Part shown: piece after piece, positions 26,780 to 36,700 of the stretch
Position numbering within the stretch: position 1 is the stretch's first letter
Layout of the letters: every line of letters starts with the position of its first letter
Source: Phaeosaccion multiseriatum
Lineage: Eukaryota > Protista > Ochrophyta, other classes
Direction: 5' to 3'
Length of the DNA: 64,000 nt
NCBI GenBank assembly: GCA_965112735.1
Contig: OZ218952.1
Location: forward strand, 3,720,001-3,784,000
Translations under genes and position numbers: made by a program
Notes under the pieces: model-generated
Database searches by the model: none
What the model was told of the DNA's origin: nothing
The model's input: the letters and a program-made list of their open reading frames with translations, nothing else

Positions 26780-29377
26780 ATGCCCCCCAGCTTCAGCTGG
26801 GAGCGGCAGGTGTTTCTGTGTCGCGCTTTGGCAGTGACGCTGGGGGGGGGCTTTTTGCTCGGCGGCTCTCCAGGTATTGCAAGAGTTTTCGAAGACAGCA
26901 AGCCGAAAGGAGAGAAATGCACCCTCCGCCTCATTGTAACGTTCTCCTTTCCCTGCACCTCTTGATCGCGTGCTGCAAGGAGAAGCAATTGCTCACCTCT
27001 GGGACACTGTCCGAGAGAGTTGGGCTTTCAAGCATGATTCCTTCGAGCCGTGCTTTGCGAGGTGAGATCGCAGCTGCTTGCTGAAAGTTTTTCGCTGGGC
27101 GGGCCCTCACTCCGCCCCTTTTCTGGCTCAATTCTGCCTTCTCGTTGCCCTATGCAAGCCTGTGCTTCATCGTCTTCATTTCCATGTGGAGGCTGATGGA
27201 CCACGCGGCAGATAGACTCCCGCCCGGCACAGGCCTTCGGGCGTACCGCATCGAGTAAGTCAGTAGGGAGTTGTAGCTTTGACTTGAGGGAGCCTCGCTT
27301 GTCGCGTGCTCGTCGACCGAGCGAAGCCTGAGTGAGGAGTGCCTCCCTCTTTCCTTTTGTCCTCCCGATGTGATAATTTTGGATGGCCTTGTCGTCGGGA
27401 GAAAGCAAAGGAGGTGTGGTACGGACGGTCAAACGAAGCTGACATGTTCTCGCTCGCCTCGCTCGCCACCCTCGCTATCTGCCTCCCCCTTTCAGCAAAA
27501 CGTCTCAATGCCCACCCGAGCACTACGATACAGCCTTTGGTCGAATGAAGGAGGAGCTGCTTTGGTACTTGCTGCCCCTCCTTCTCTGGGACTACCTTCT
27601 TCCCAGGAGAACGGTGGGTTGGTTGCCTACCCCCTTCGGGTGGCGGTAGCGCCTTTGGCTTTGACTGGACACGTACCACACACGCCTTTGTATTGTTGGA
27701 GCCCCGTTTGTTTGAATCTACTACGAAGTACAAGTTTTTTTGTTCAGTTTCATCACCTCGACTGACCCCCGCCTCCCTCTCCTCGCCTCTCTCCTCAGCT
27801 TCCCATCCAGGCCCCCAGTACGGCGGTCCTGTGCGGCGAAGTGCTGGGCGGTATCGTGGCTTACGACTTTCTGTTCTGGTGTTGGCACTGCAGCTGCCAC
27901 CGGATACCCGCACTGTATCGCATCCATGCCAAGCACCACTCTTCCACTACACAGGTACGAATCGTGCCAATCATGCTGAGGTCGTGACGATGGCAGGCAT
28001 AGTTTTAGTTGCTTGGCACCTGCAATCGTGCAAACAGAGCAAAGGTAGAGTTGCTTGCCTGTGGGTTGCATGGTGAGCCAGCGAGTGAGTTTGGGCGTGT
28101 GGGCATGTGGGAATGTGGGCGTGTGTGTACCGGTATGTGCGTGTTTGGACCACCTCTCCCCCTCCCTCTCTCTCCCCGCACCCTTACACACTTCAATATG
28201 TGTATCGCACACGTTTCGTTTCGTTTCGTTTCGTCCCTCGGTTTCCGACCCTGCATGCGACGGTGTACGGCATGTGTAGCGCTCGCCAGAAGTGGTGCAT
28301 CACAGCTTCCTCGATGGAAGGTACGTAAGTCTTGATTGTAGTTACGTACCAGATAGACTGGGGTGGATGCGGGATGGCGGGTAGGGGAGAGGGCGAGGAG
28401 AAGGACTCGCTCGAGAAGTGGGCGGAGCTTCGTCCGACGACACACACACTCACATCACACACACACGCATGCACGCACACCTACACGCACCTACACTCAC
28501 ACGCAACACACACCTACACACGTACACCCAACCCCCTCCTCTCAGCGGAAACGTGGGTTGCAGCATCGCGGCCATTAATCTCGTCAAACTGCATCCCCTC
28601 AGCAGGTACGTGAATCAACTTCAACTTGATGATATGCATAGATAGATAAATAGGTAGAGAGACATAGTGGTTGATAGATATGTAGATAGATGGGGGTTTT
28701 CTTCATAATAGCCTCACTCACTCTTCCCCTCCTTGCTCCTCACTCCCACCTCTGCACCCTAAACTCCCACCCGACAGGGCTGTGTACAACGCCGTCTTAA
28801 TCTACCTACTCACCGAGCTGCACTGCGGCTTTGATGTTCCGTGGGCGCTGCACAACTTGGTGCCCTTTCGCCTTCTTGGCGGCTCACCGAGGCACGAGGC
28901 ACATCACCACCGCAGCACGGTAGGTTACTAAGCTTCTCTGGTCGCTGTTGTTGCGTCCTTGCCTGATGATTGATACTTCTCTCTCCTTCTTGTACCTCTC
29001 CAACCTCTCACGCCCACTTTGCTCTCTCTTCTAACCAGCTGTGCTCGTTTCGTTCTCCTGTCCCTCCGTGTGGACACGGCCCTCCACCCCCTACGACCCT
29101 ACTATTGCTGCTGCTGGCCTGCCCCACGTTGTTACCCTTTACCCGACAGCGAGGGGGCCGCAAGGTGTACATGCAGCAAATCTTCACGTATCTTGACAAC
29201 GCGTTTGGTTTCGTGGAGGATTGCCCTTGTCCTGCGACTGGGACTGATGGGCCTGCTGGCATGAAAGGGACTGGTATGAAAGGGACTGGCATGAATCGCG
29301 GCGGGAAGGCAGCACCAGCAGCAGCACCAGCAGATACCGCTCTTTCTGAGCAGGAGCAGCAGCGTGGGTGCCGATGA
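26780..29377 (+). CDS. Fatty acid hydroxylase/sterol desaturase family (cholesterol 25-hydroxylase-like) membrane di-iron enzyme, multi-exon
   Basis: His boxes after splicing: YDFLFWCWHCSCH, IHAKHH, ELHCGFDVPW, RHEAHH, followed by QQIFTYLD. Confidence 0.85.
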
Positions 29378-29525
29378 TGTAAATACTATGACGTATCGTA
29401 CAGATTTACTCTGCGCTCTCCCCCCCTCTTCATTTTTGTTTTTATTTTTTTTATACTCCTTATACTGACTACTGCGATGTACAGTTTGTCCCCCCATTCA
29501 TCAGCCCCATGCACGCGTAACTTCT

Positions 29526-29645
29526 TGGCTCTCTAGACCACTAGGCCACTCGACCTTCAATTCAATGGCTCTATAGACCACTAGGCCACTCGACCTTCAA
29601 TTCAATGGCTCTATAGACCACTAGGCCACTCGACCTTCAATTCAA
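29526..29645. repeat. Tandem repeat, 3 x 40 bp (TGGCTCTATAGACCACTAGGCCACTCGACCTTCAATTCAA)
   Basis: Three near-identical adjacent copies with no spacers. Confidence 0.95.
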
Positions 29646-29688
29646 TTGACCTTCAGAGCAGCACCCAGAGGTGGTACGCCCCAGGGTG

Positions 29689-29874
29689 TCGGCCCCTGAC
29701 ATGCTTCTGAGGCGACCCTGCTTCCTGCTTCTGGCCGCGCCAGCCGGCCAGGCAGGTTCCAGGTTCTGGGGGAAAGCCATGTAATAAGGCAATGATGAGG
29801 GCCAAAGCTGGTTCCTGCTTCTGGCCGGCGCCTGCTTCTGGGCTGGCCTGTCTCAGAAGCATGTCAGGGGCCGA
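29689..29874. mobile_element. MITE-like element, 186 bp, perfect 23-bp TIRs, 6-bp target-site duplication AGGGTG
   Basis: TCGGCCCCTGACATGCTTCTGAG (29689-29711) is the reverse complement of CTCAGAAGCATGTCAGGGGCCGA (29852-29874). AGGGTG flanks both sides (29683-29688, 29875-29880). Confidence 0.85.
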
Positions 29875-29994
29875 AGGGTGGAGGAATCAGAGAGGAAGGG
29901 ACGGCGAAGTGAGCTAGGCAGGGAGAGGCAATAGTACTGTCGTTTGACGTCAATGTCTACAGCAGGTTGTGTAGGCCGCTAGGCCGCTAGTCGA

Positions 29995-30108
29995 GCGCCG
30001 GTCATAATCAGTAATCAGACCCGGCTGGCGCCGGCCATAATCAGTAATCAGGCCCGGCTGGCGCCATAATCAGTAATCAGGCCGGCTGGCGCCGGTAGTA
30101 ATCAGTAA
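29995..30108. repeat. Degenerate tandem repeat (~28-33 bp, core CATAATCAGTAATCAGGCCCGGCTGGCGCC), ~4 copies upstream of the F-box gene
   Basis: Repeated TAATCAGTAATCAG cores are directly visible. Confidence 0.85.
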
Positions 30109-30265
30109 AAATCAACCAGGGCCGACGCTAGGGGAGACCACGCACACACACACACCACACAGTTTAAATTTCAATTTCTCTCAATATCTGTCGTTGCCCT
30201 CTCCCAACTTGCCTCTCCTGAGTGAGACACACAAGGAGAAGAAGATCAACAGACAGTGGATAAGC

Positions 30266-32011
30266 ATGTACAAGACCGCGATATGCGACGCGTGGGATAT
30301 GATGGTTACGCAGGGGGAAGGGTGGGAATGGGAGGTGGCTGCGCTCCTGCTCCTCGCCATCACGGTCTGGAGGAGAGAGTTCTCCCCCAATTACAACTAC
30401 CATGAGAAGCAGGGCAGGGCGGAGGAGGGAGAGGGGGGGGGGGGGGACTTGACAGCAGGAGAAGTGGTGGCTGCGGCGGAGGATGGAGATCTTGTCGCTG
30501 GTGTGGAAGCGCCAGTGGAGGAAGAAGCGGGGGATTCGGAACAACCGGCCAAGCCCAGTCGCTTGGCTGCCGCCCTCGCTGCGCTTCCCCCAACAGCAGC
30601 AGCGGTGGTGGAGTCACTAGTAGCAAGTACCAGCGAACAGCAGAAGGCCTTCTGCAAGACGTCTACCGCGATCAAAGACTTCGTCCGGGGGGGAGGAGAG
30701 GGTGCGGAAAGCAAAACAAACGGCGAGAATGCCACGAAGGGACGTGCCAACGCCCCCCAGCCTCTCACAGGCGGCGGCGCGCGGACGAAGAAGAAGAGAG
30801 GGGAGAGCACTATCAACGTCGTGGATCGTCTGCTGCAGGACACCATATTTAACATCCTGAGCTTCCTGCCCGCGAAGGACCTGCTCGCTGCCACCCAGTG
30901 CTCCAAGTATTGGCAGCGGCGCTGCGATCAGGAGGAGGTGTGGAGGCAGGCCTGGCGGTCGCGATTCGAGAGTTTATGGGCGTCGCCTCTCGTGCAAGAC
31001 GCGGCCCAGAGGTGGCACTGTCACTGGAGCCCAACCTGCCCCGCTCCCGACGGGAGGGGCAAACATGGAGGGGGTGCGGTAGCAGCAGCAACAACAGAGA
31101 CGGAGGTAGGAGGGGTGTATGGGATAGCGGGAGGACAGGGCGAAGAGCAACAGGAGGACAGGGCGAGGCAGACCTCTCTGCCAGACGGCTGCACCACCAC
31201 CCCTCCCCAAGGGTGGAAGCTGTTCTTCGGACAATTCGAGCGCACCTGGCTGCAGTGGGTGTGTAGCGGCGCCAACCATGAGGACTACTGCCTCGCCGGC
31301 CTGGGGGGCAGCGTATACGACCTTACGGCCTTTATGCATCAACACCCGGGCTCGCCAGAGACACTTATGGAGCACGCGGGCCGGGACGCGACAGACATCT
31401 TCAGAGACGTTGGGCACTCCCAGGGGGCAAGGTCTCTGCTGACCACGCTGCCGGCCATTGGCCCGCACGGGGAAGGACGGGATGCCGTTGTGTTGTGTGC
31501 TGCCAGGGACGCTTTGAAGCGGGGAGGAGGGCAGCAGCAGCAGCAGCAGCGGCAGCAGCGATGGGGGGGGCTGAGGAGGGGGGGCTGGGGCATTGCTTCT
31601 ATGGGTCGAAGCGGCGGGGGGGGAGGAGTGGGAGAGGGGCAGGAGGAGGCGAGGAGAGGCGTGAGCGTTGTGGAAGACGACCCGCAGCTGAGTAGCAGTA
31701 GCAGTAGCAGTAGCAGTAGCAGTAGCAGCAGCAGCAGCAGCAGTAGCACCACGACCACAGGTTCACGCAGCAGAGCCCTCTTTCACTGCTCTCACTGCGA
31801 CGTTGACTTCGACCCTACGCCTCCCAGGTCCAGCCACAGCCACAGTCAGGCACCTGTTGGTGATACAGCAGCAGGGGGAGGGGGAGGGAGGCAAGAGGGG
31901 GGGTTGTGCTCCCACACGCACGGCACCCTGCATCCCACCACGTGTGCCGTGACTTTGCAGGCGGGCATGTGGTGGTCGTGCTGTGGCCTGCACGTGCCGT
32001 TGGAGGACTGA
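30266..32011 (+). CDS. Intronless F-box + cytochrome b5 heme-binding domain protein with Cys/His-rich C-terminus
   Basis: F-box LLQDTIFNILSFLPAKDLLAATQCSKYWQRRC; b5 domain GSVYDLTAFMHQHPGS...HAGRDATDIFRDVGHS (HPG and GHS heme ligands); C-terminal HCSHC...CSH...WWSCCG. Confidence 0.85.
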   Translation: MYKTAICDAWDMMVTQGEGWEWEVAALLLLAITVWRREFSPNYNYHEKQGRAEEGEGGGGDLTAGEVVAAAEDGDLVAGVEAPVEEEAGDSEQPAKPSRLAAALAALPPTAAAVVESLVASTSEQQKAFCKTSTAIKDFVRGGGEGAESKTNGENATKGRANAPQPLTGGGARTKKKRGESTINVVDRLLQDTIFNILSFLPAKDLLAATQCSKYWQRRCDQEEVWRQAWRSRFESLWASPLVQDAAQRWHCHWSPTCPAPDGRGKHGGGAVAAATTETEVGGVYGIAGGQGEEQQEDRARQTSLPDGCTTTPPQGWKLFFGQFERTWLQWVCSGANHEDYCLAGLGGSVYDLTAFMHQHPGSPETLMEHAGRDATDIFRDVGHSQGARSLLTTLPAIGPHGEGRDAVVLCAARDALKRGGGQQQQQQRQQRWGGLRRGGWGIASMGRSGGGGGVGEGQEEARRGVSVVEDDPQLSSSSSSSSSSSSSSSSSSSTTTTGSRSRALFHCSHCDVDFDPTPPRSSHSHSQAPVGDTAAGGGGGRQEGGLCSHTHGTLHPTTCAVTLQAGMWWSCCGLHVPLED

Positions 32012-32115
32012 GGTTGAGGTTGAGTCTGGAAAAGGCGAGTAGTTGGGTGATGCAGCAGCCCCTTGGAGGACTGAGGTTGAGTCTGGAAAAGGCGAGCAGT
32101 TGGGTGATGCAGCAG
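32000..32115. repeat. Tandem duplication (~53-59 bp) spanning the F-box/b5 stop codon
   Basis: TTGGAGGACTGAGGTTGAG...TCTGGAAAAGGCGAG(T/C)AGTTGGGTGATGCAGCAG at 32000-32058 and 32063-32115. Confidence 0.9.
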
Positions 32116-32472
32116 GGGGCAGCCAAGAGGACGCTTGCTTTGGGCGCACGTTTTCCCTTGCCCCACGCATCGACTCGCCACAACGGTGTTGCGAGGAGCT
32201 CCTTGAAGCACCCTTTTGATTGCGGGGAGAGCCACGACAGTGACCACGACAGTGACCACGACAGTGACAAGAGTCTGCTTGTTTTGGGACGAGAGGTTTG
32301 AATGACTTTCCCTCAAGAGGAGGCACCCCCATCACCGACCCCTGTGGTGCTTCACTTCACTTCACTTCACTTCGCTTCACCCCTCGAAGCGCTCAGGCGT
32401 GCGAACGTTAGCTTTCACAATTGATTTCATTTTTGTTTTTAACTCAACTTTTGCGCACTACAATTTACAATT

Positions 32473-32541
32473 CTTGTCCGTGTCCCCACTGAAGATGATC
32501 TCCACCGCTCCCTTGGCCCCCATCACGGCCACCTTGCGTGT
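32473..32541 (-). pseudogene. Duplicated fragment of the PCCB last exon, including its splice acceptor
   Basis: 67/69 nt identical to 33928-33996. It encodes [20 protein letters not shown], followed by NCKL-stop. Confidence 0.9.
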
Positions 32542-32623
32542 TCTAGCAGTCGACTTCCTTGGACGCCCCCTTCGCTTCTGCGCCTGCGCAGCATTGCCGT
32601 CTTGGCCGCTTGAGTCGGACGCA

Positions 32624-32838
32624 GCTCCATCCACCGCGGCCGCAGCCACCAGCACGGTGATGGCCTTCAGATGGGCTACCAGGCTGTCCATGAGGCCGAT
32701 TTGTGTCGTCTGTATCGCAGCGGATATTTCTTTGCACCATTGCGATACAGACGGATAAAAAATCGGCCTCATGGACAGCCCGGTAGCCCACATGAAGGTC
32801 AGCACCGCGGCGGTGGCTGCGACCGCGGTGGATGGAGC
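32624..32838 (-). ncRNA. Candidate hairpin/miRNA-like precursor (96- and 98-nt arms, 21-nt loop)
   Basis: 32624-32719 and 32741-32838 are imperfect reverse complements. Most transition mismatches become G:U pairs on the minus-strand transcript. Expression is not shown. Confidence 0.5.
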
Positions 32839-32899
32839 CGAGTACAATTTACAATTTACAATTTATAGCAAGCGCCAAGGTTGCGCAGAGCACTCACCC

Positions 32900-32967
32900 A
32901 CATGAGGCTCCTGAGGAAGGACACGTGAGGCCCCTGAGGAAGGGCACACGAGGCTCCTGAGGAAGGA
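32900..32967. repeat. Tandem repeat, 3 x ~23 bp (GAGGCTCCTGAGGAAGGACACGT-like)
   Basis: Three degenerate adjacent copies. Confidence 0.8.
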
Positions 32968-33226
32968 TAAGGATGCTGACTCTATCGAGCTCAACATGTC
33001 TTGCTCTCCCCAAGGAAACCGAAGCCCCGCTGCGTTGTTCCTCTTCTCCTCCTGCCGTTGTCCCCTAAGAGCTCAAAGCACATCTTCCCCGTCTCGCATG
33101 AGAAGTCACTAACGCCTGCCGTCGTCTCTTCTCTTTGCGGTGCAGGCCTGCTCTGCTGAGCGAAGTACAGCACAGTCGAACGAACGTACGCAGTCGCTGC
33201 TGTGTGCTTGCTTCTGCTGCGCCACA

Positions 33227-33278
<52 letters not shown>

Positions 33279-33323
33279 TGAAGGAACGACTCACCACTGC
33301 GTGTCAGGGCCTGCGACCCAGTA

Positions 33324-33550
33324 CTTGGTGTCAGCCAGGCCCTGTCACAGTAGCAAGACTTGTCCCTTCATTTGGTGCGTGTACGTGTGTGCGGCTCTGA
33401 CGTTAGGGCCCTGCCGTGTGGGGGGCGATGCAAACAAGCTCACTCCGTTACTATCGACGTGCTTGCGTCCCGTCTCACAAGCAGAGTCCGTCTGTAGTAG
33501 CGGAGTAAGGCTGCTCGCAGCGTTTCACACCGGGCCGGCCTGACACCAAG
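33324..33550. mobile_element. Tc1/mariner-type MITE candidate, 227 bp, TA target-site duplication
   Basis: TA|CTTGGTGTCAG ... CTGACACCAAG|TA. The 11-bp perfect TIR extends to ~22 bp with 3 mismatches. Confidence 0.6.
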
Positions 33551-33741
33551 TAGCCGCGAATTCATGTCATACGTCCCCCCCTCTCCAGCCTCGCCTTCCT
33601 TGCGGCACGCCCCCTACCCCTCGTTGTCTTCACCAGCTCGGGCAAGGTGAGACAAGGGACAGAGGAGAGAAGCCAGACAGAGAGATAGAAAGATAGAGAG
33701 AGAGAGGGGGGGGGGGAGAAAGAGCGTCTGTCGCAAGAGCC

Positions 33742-36700
33742 TCAGAGCGGGATGTTGCTGTGCTTCTTGGCGAATTTATGGGTGGTGTCCTTCGTGCGTA
33801 ACACCTCCAGGTCCTGACACAGGTACTGGCGGGTCAGGCGCGGCTCAATCACGTCATCGATAAAGCCCCTTTGAGCGGCCACGAGGGGGTTACAGAAAAG
33901 GTCTGTGTACTCCTTCTCCTTGGCCTGCTTGTCCGTATCCCCACGGAAGATGATCTCCACCGCTCCCTTGGCCCCCATCACGGCCACCTTGCGTGTGCAT
34001 GTGTGTGTGTGTGTGTGTGTAGCGGGAGGGGAGAGGGTGGGTGGGTGAGTGGGTGGGAGAGAGGGAGGAAGGGAGGGAGCGGAGGAGAAGGCGACAGAGA
34101 CAGCAAGAAAGCATGCGGGCAATAGGTAAGGAAGTAGGAGGGGGGGGGAGGAGGAAGGTGAAACAAGGAGCCCTCCAAGCAGGGATGCGCAATGAGTGGG
34201 TGGGGGTTGGTGCGTGCGGATGGCGATGACGACAGTGACACCTCTTGTCTTATCTCCACGGCCTGGCGGCGCACTTAACATCTAAATAGAAACTGCAACT
34301 TCAACTCACCTCTGCCGTGGGCCAAGCGTAGTTGACGTCCCCCCTCAGGTGCTTGCTGCTCATCACGTCGTAGGCGCCTCCGTAGGCCTTTCGCGTGATG
34401 ACCTGCAGCAAGCCAATGAAAGGAACGAATCACACGCACGCACGCGCACCCACACAGGGAAAGACCATGAGATGAGGTTCTTCCAGCACGCTTTTCTGAG
34501 GAGCCCATGTCATTCCGCCGCCGCTCGGAATGATTCCATAAGTCATTCCGTTGAGTGAGAAGTGACTCACCGTGAGTTTCGGGACGCTGGCCTCTGCATA
34601 TGCGAAGAGCAGCTTGGCACCGTGGCGGATGATTCCCCCATGCTCCTGGTTAGTGCCGGGGAGAAAACCTAAGGACGGAAGAAGAGGATGGCAGTCGATG
34701 GAGAAGGAGGAGGAGGAGGAGGAGGAGGAGGAGGAGGAGGAGGAGGAGGAGAAGGAGGGAGGGAGGAGGAGGAGGAGGAGAAGGAGGGAGAGGGGGAGGA
34801 GGGGGACAGGGGGCGGGATTGTAACACGGGTAAGTGGAACTACGGATGCTATGGTACTTGCGGGGAGGAGCTACAGACAGAACCCTCTGAGACCATACAC
34901 CTCGAAAGAAACAAAAATACTCCCCCCAAACGTCGGATGCTCTCGCTCTCTCTCTCTCACACACCTAACCATAGGTACCCTCTCACAAACCCACAGACGC
35001 ACCCACCCACACCCACACCCACCCACCCACCCACCCACCCATTGACGTACTACCCACCCACCTGGCACGTCGACGAGTGTGATGAGGGGGATGCCGAACG
35101 CATCGCAGAAGCGCACAAACCTCGCTGCCTTGACGCTCGAGTCGACATCAAGACAGCCCGCAGCCACCATCGGGTTGTTGGCCACGATGCCCACCGAGCG
35201 ACCCTCCATGCGAGCAAAGCCCACGAGGATGTTCTGCGCGTACTCCTCCATAATCTCGTAGAAGCGGCCGTTGTCCACCAGCTGGTTCACAGGCAGAGAA
35301 GGTAAGTGTGGGAGGATTGGAGAATCGGGGGAGGAGGGGAGGAGTCGAGGTGTGGGGGAGGTAAGTGGAGCGATGTAGTGGAGCGGGAGTGGAGGAGTCG
35401 AGGGGATGGAGGAGGAGGAGTGGAGGAGTGGAGGAGTGGAGGAGTGGAGGAGTGGAGGAGTGGAGGGGATGGACGAGGAGGTGGAAGAGTGGAGTGGAGG
35501 AGCGAAATTCATACAGTACCTTCTTGATGACCACCTTCATATCATACGGCACATTAGGGTCTTGAGGAATGAAGTGTTGCAGCTCCTCGCACAACCGCTC
35601 CCTTGAGTCTTCCACAGGGTATTCGGGAAGGTCGCCTCCTTGCTTCAGAGGGAGGAAGCTCAACAACTCACGCGTCCCTCGCAGGGCCTCCACATCGTTC
35701 TCAAAGGACCTGTTGGTTTTGTTGGTTTGGGTGGGTGGTTGGTTTGGGTGGGTGGGTTGGGTTGGGTTGGGTCGTTGGTTTGGTTGGTTTGGTTGGTTGG
35801 TTGGTTGGTCACTTGGGTTATTGGGTAGGTGGTGAGTGGGTTGGTTGGTGGGTGAGTGGGTGGGTGGCTGGGTGGGTTGGTTAGTTGGTTGCGTGGGTGG
35901 GTGCGTGGGTGGGTGGGTCATTGGCTTGGTTGGGTTGGTGGGTGGGCGGGTTGGCTCACTCACTCACCCACTCACTCACTCACTCCTTCCCTCCCTCCCT
36001 CCCTCCCTCACTCACTCACTCACTCACTCACTCACTCACTCACTCACTCGCTCACTCAGGCACTACACCACCACCACCACTCCTCCTCCTCCCCCTCCCC
36101 CGAAAGTAACGTACTTGTGTGCAACTCCGCTGATGCCGCAGTGCGTGCCCGCCCCCCCCAGCTCCTCCTGCGTCACGTCCTCCTGCGTAACGGTCCTGAC
36201 CACCTCGGGGCCCGTCACAAACATGTAGGACGTGCGCTTCACCATCAGGATGAAGTCCGTCATGGCCTGTGATAGGAGGGAGGGAGGAGGGGAGGGAGAG
36301 AGTGAGGGGGTGAGTGGGGGGGGTGAGAGAGAGTGAGTGAGTTATGCACTATCCGTGGGTTTCTCTGCACGTACCGGGGAGTAAACGGCACCTCCCGCGC
36401 ACGGACCCATCACCACAGAAATCTGGGGAATAACGCCTTGAGACGCAAGAGACATGAGAAAGGGAGGGACACACACACACACACAGACACACACACAGAG
36501 AGAGAGAGAGAAGAGAGAGAGAATGAGAGAGAAAGGGGAGGGGGGTAGGAAAGAGGGAGGGGGCGATAAAGAGAGAGAGGGAGGGACAACGAGGGAGAGA
36601 GGGAGGAAGGGAGAGACACGGAGAGAGCTTGTTGTAGAGTAAAGCAGAGTCGAGGAGAGAAGGAGAGAAGAGTCTCATGCACCTCACGCACGAACTCACT

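Noticed and set aside
29526-29645. 40-bp repeats as a CRISPR array
   Set aside because: The copies are directly adjacent with no unique spacers, there are no cas genes, and the context is eukaryotic.
1139-32011. An oxygen/redox gene cluster (P4H, NDUFB9, YaaA, desaturase, F-box-b5)
   Set aside because: The genes are interspersed with unrelated ones, and nothing in the sequence supports co-regulation without synteny data.
32458-32847. 129-aa ORF ending in PCCB-like sequence as a real gene
   Set aside because: It is made of the hairpin arms plus the captured exon fragment, with no independent coding signal.
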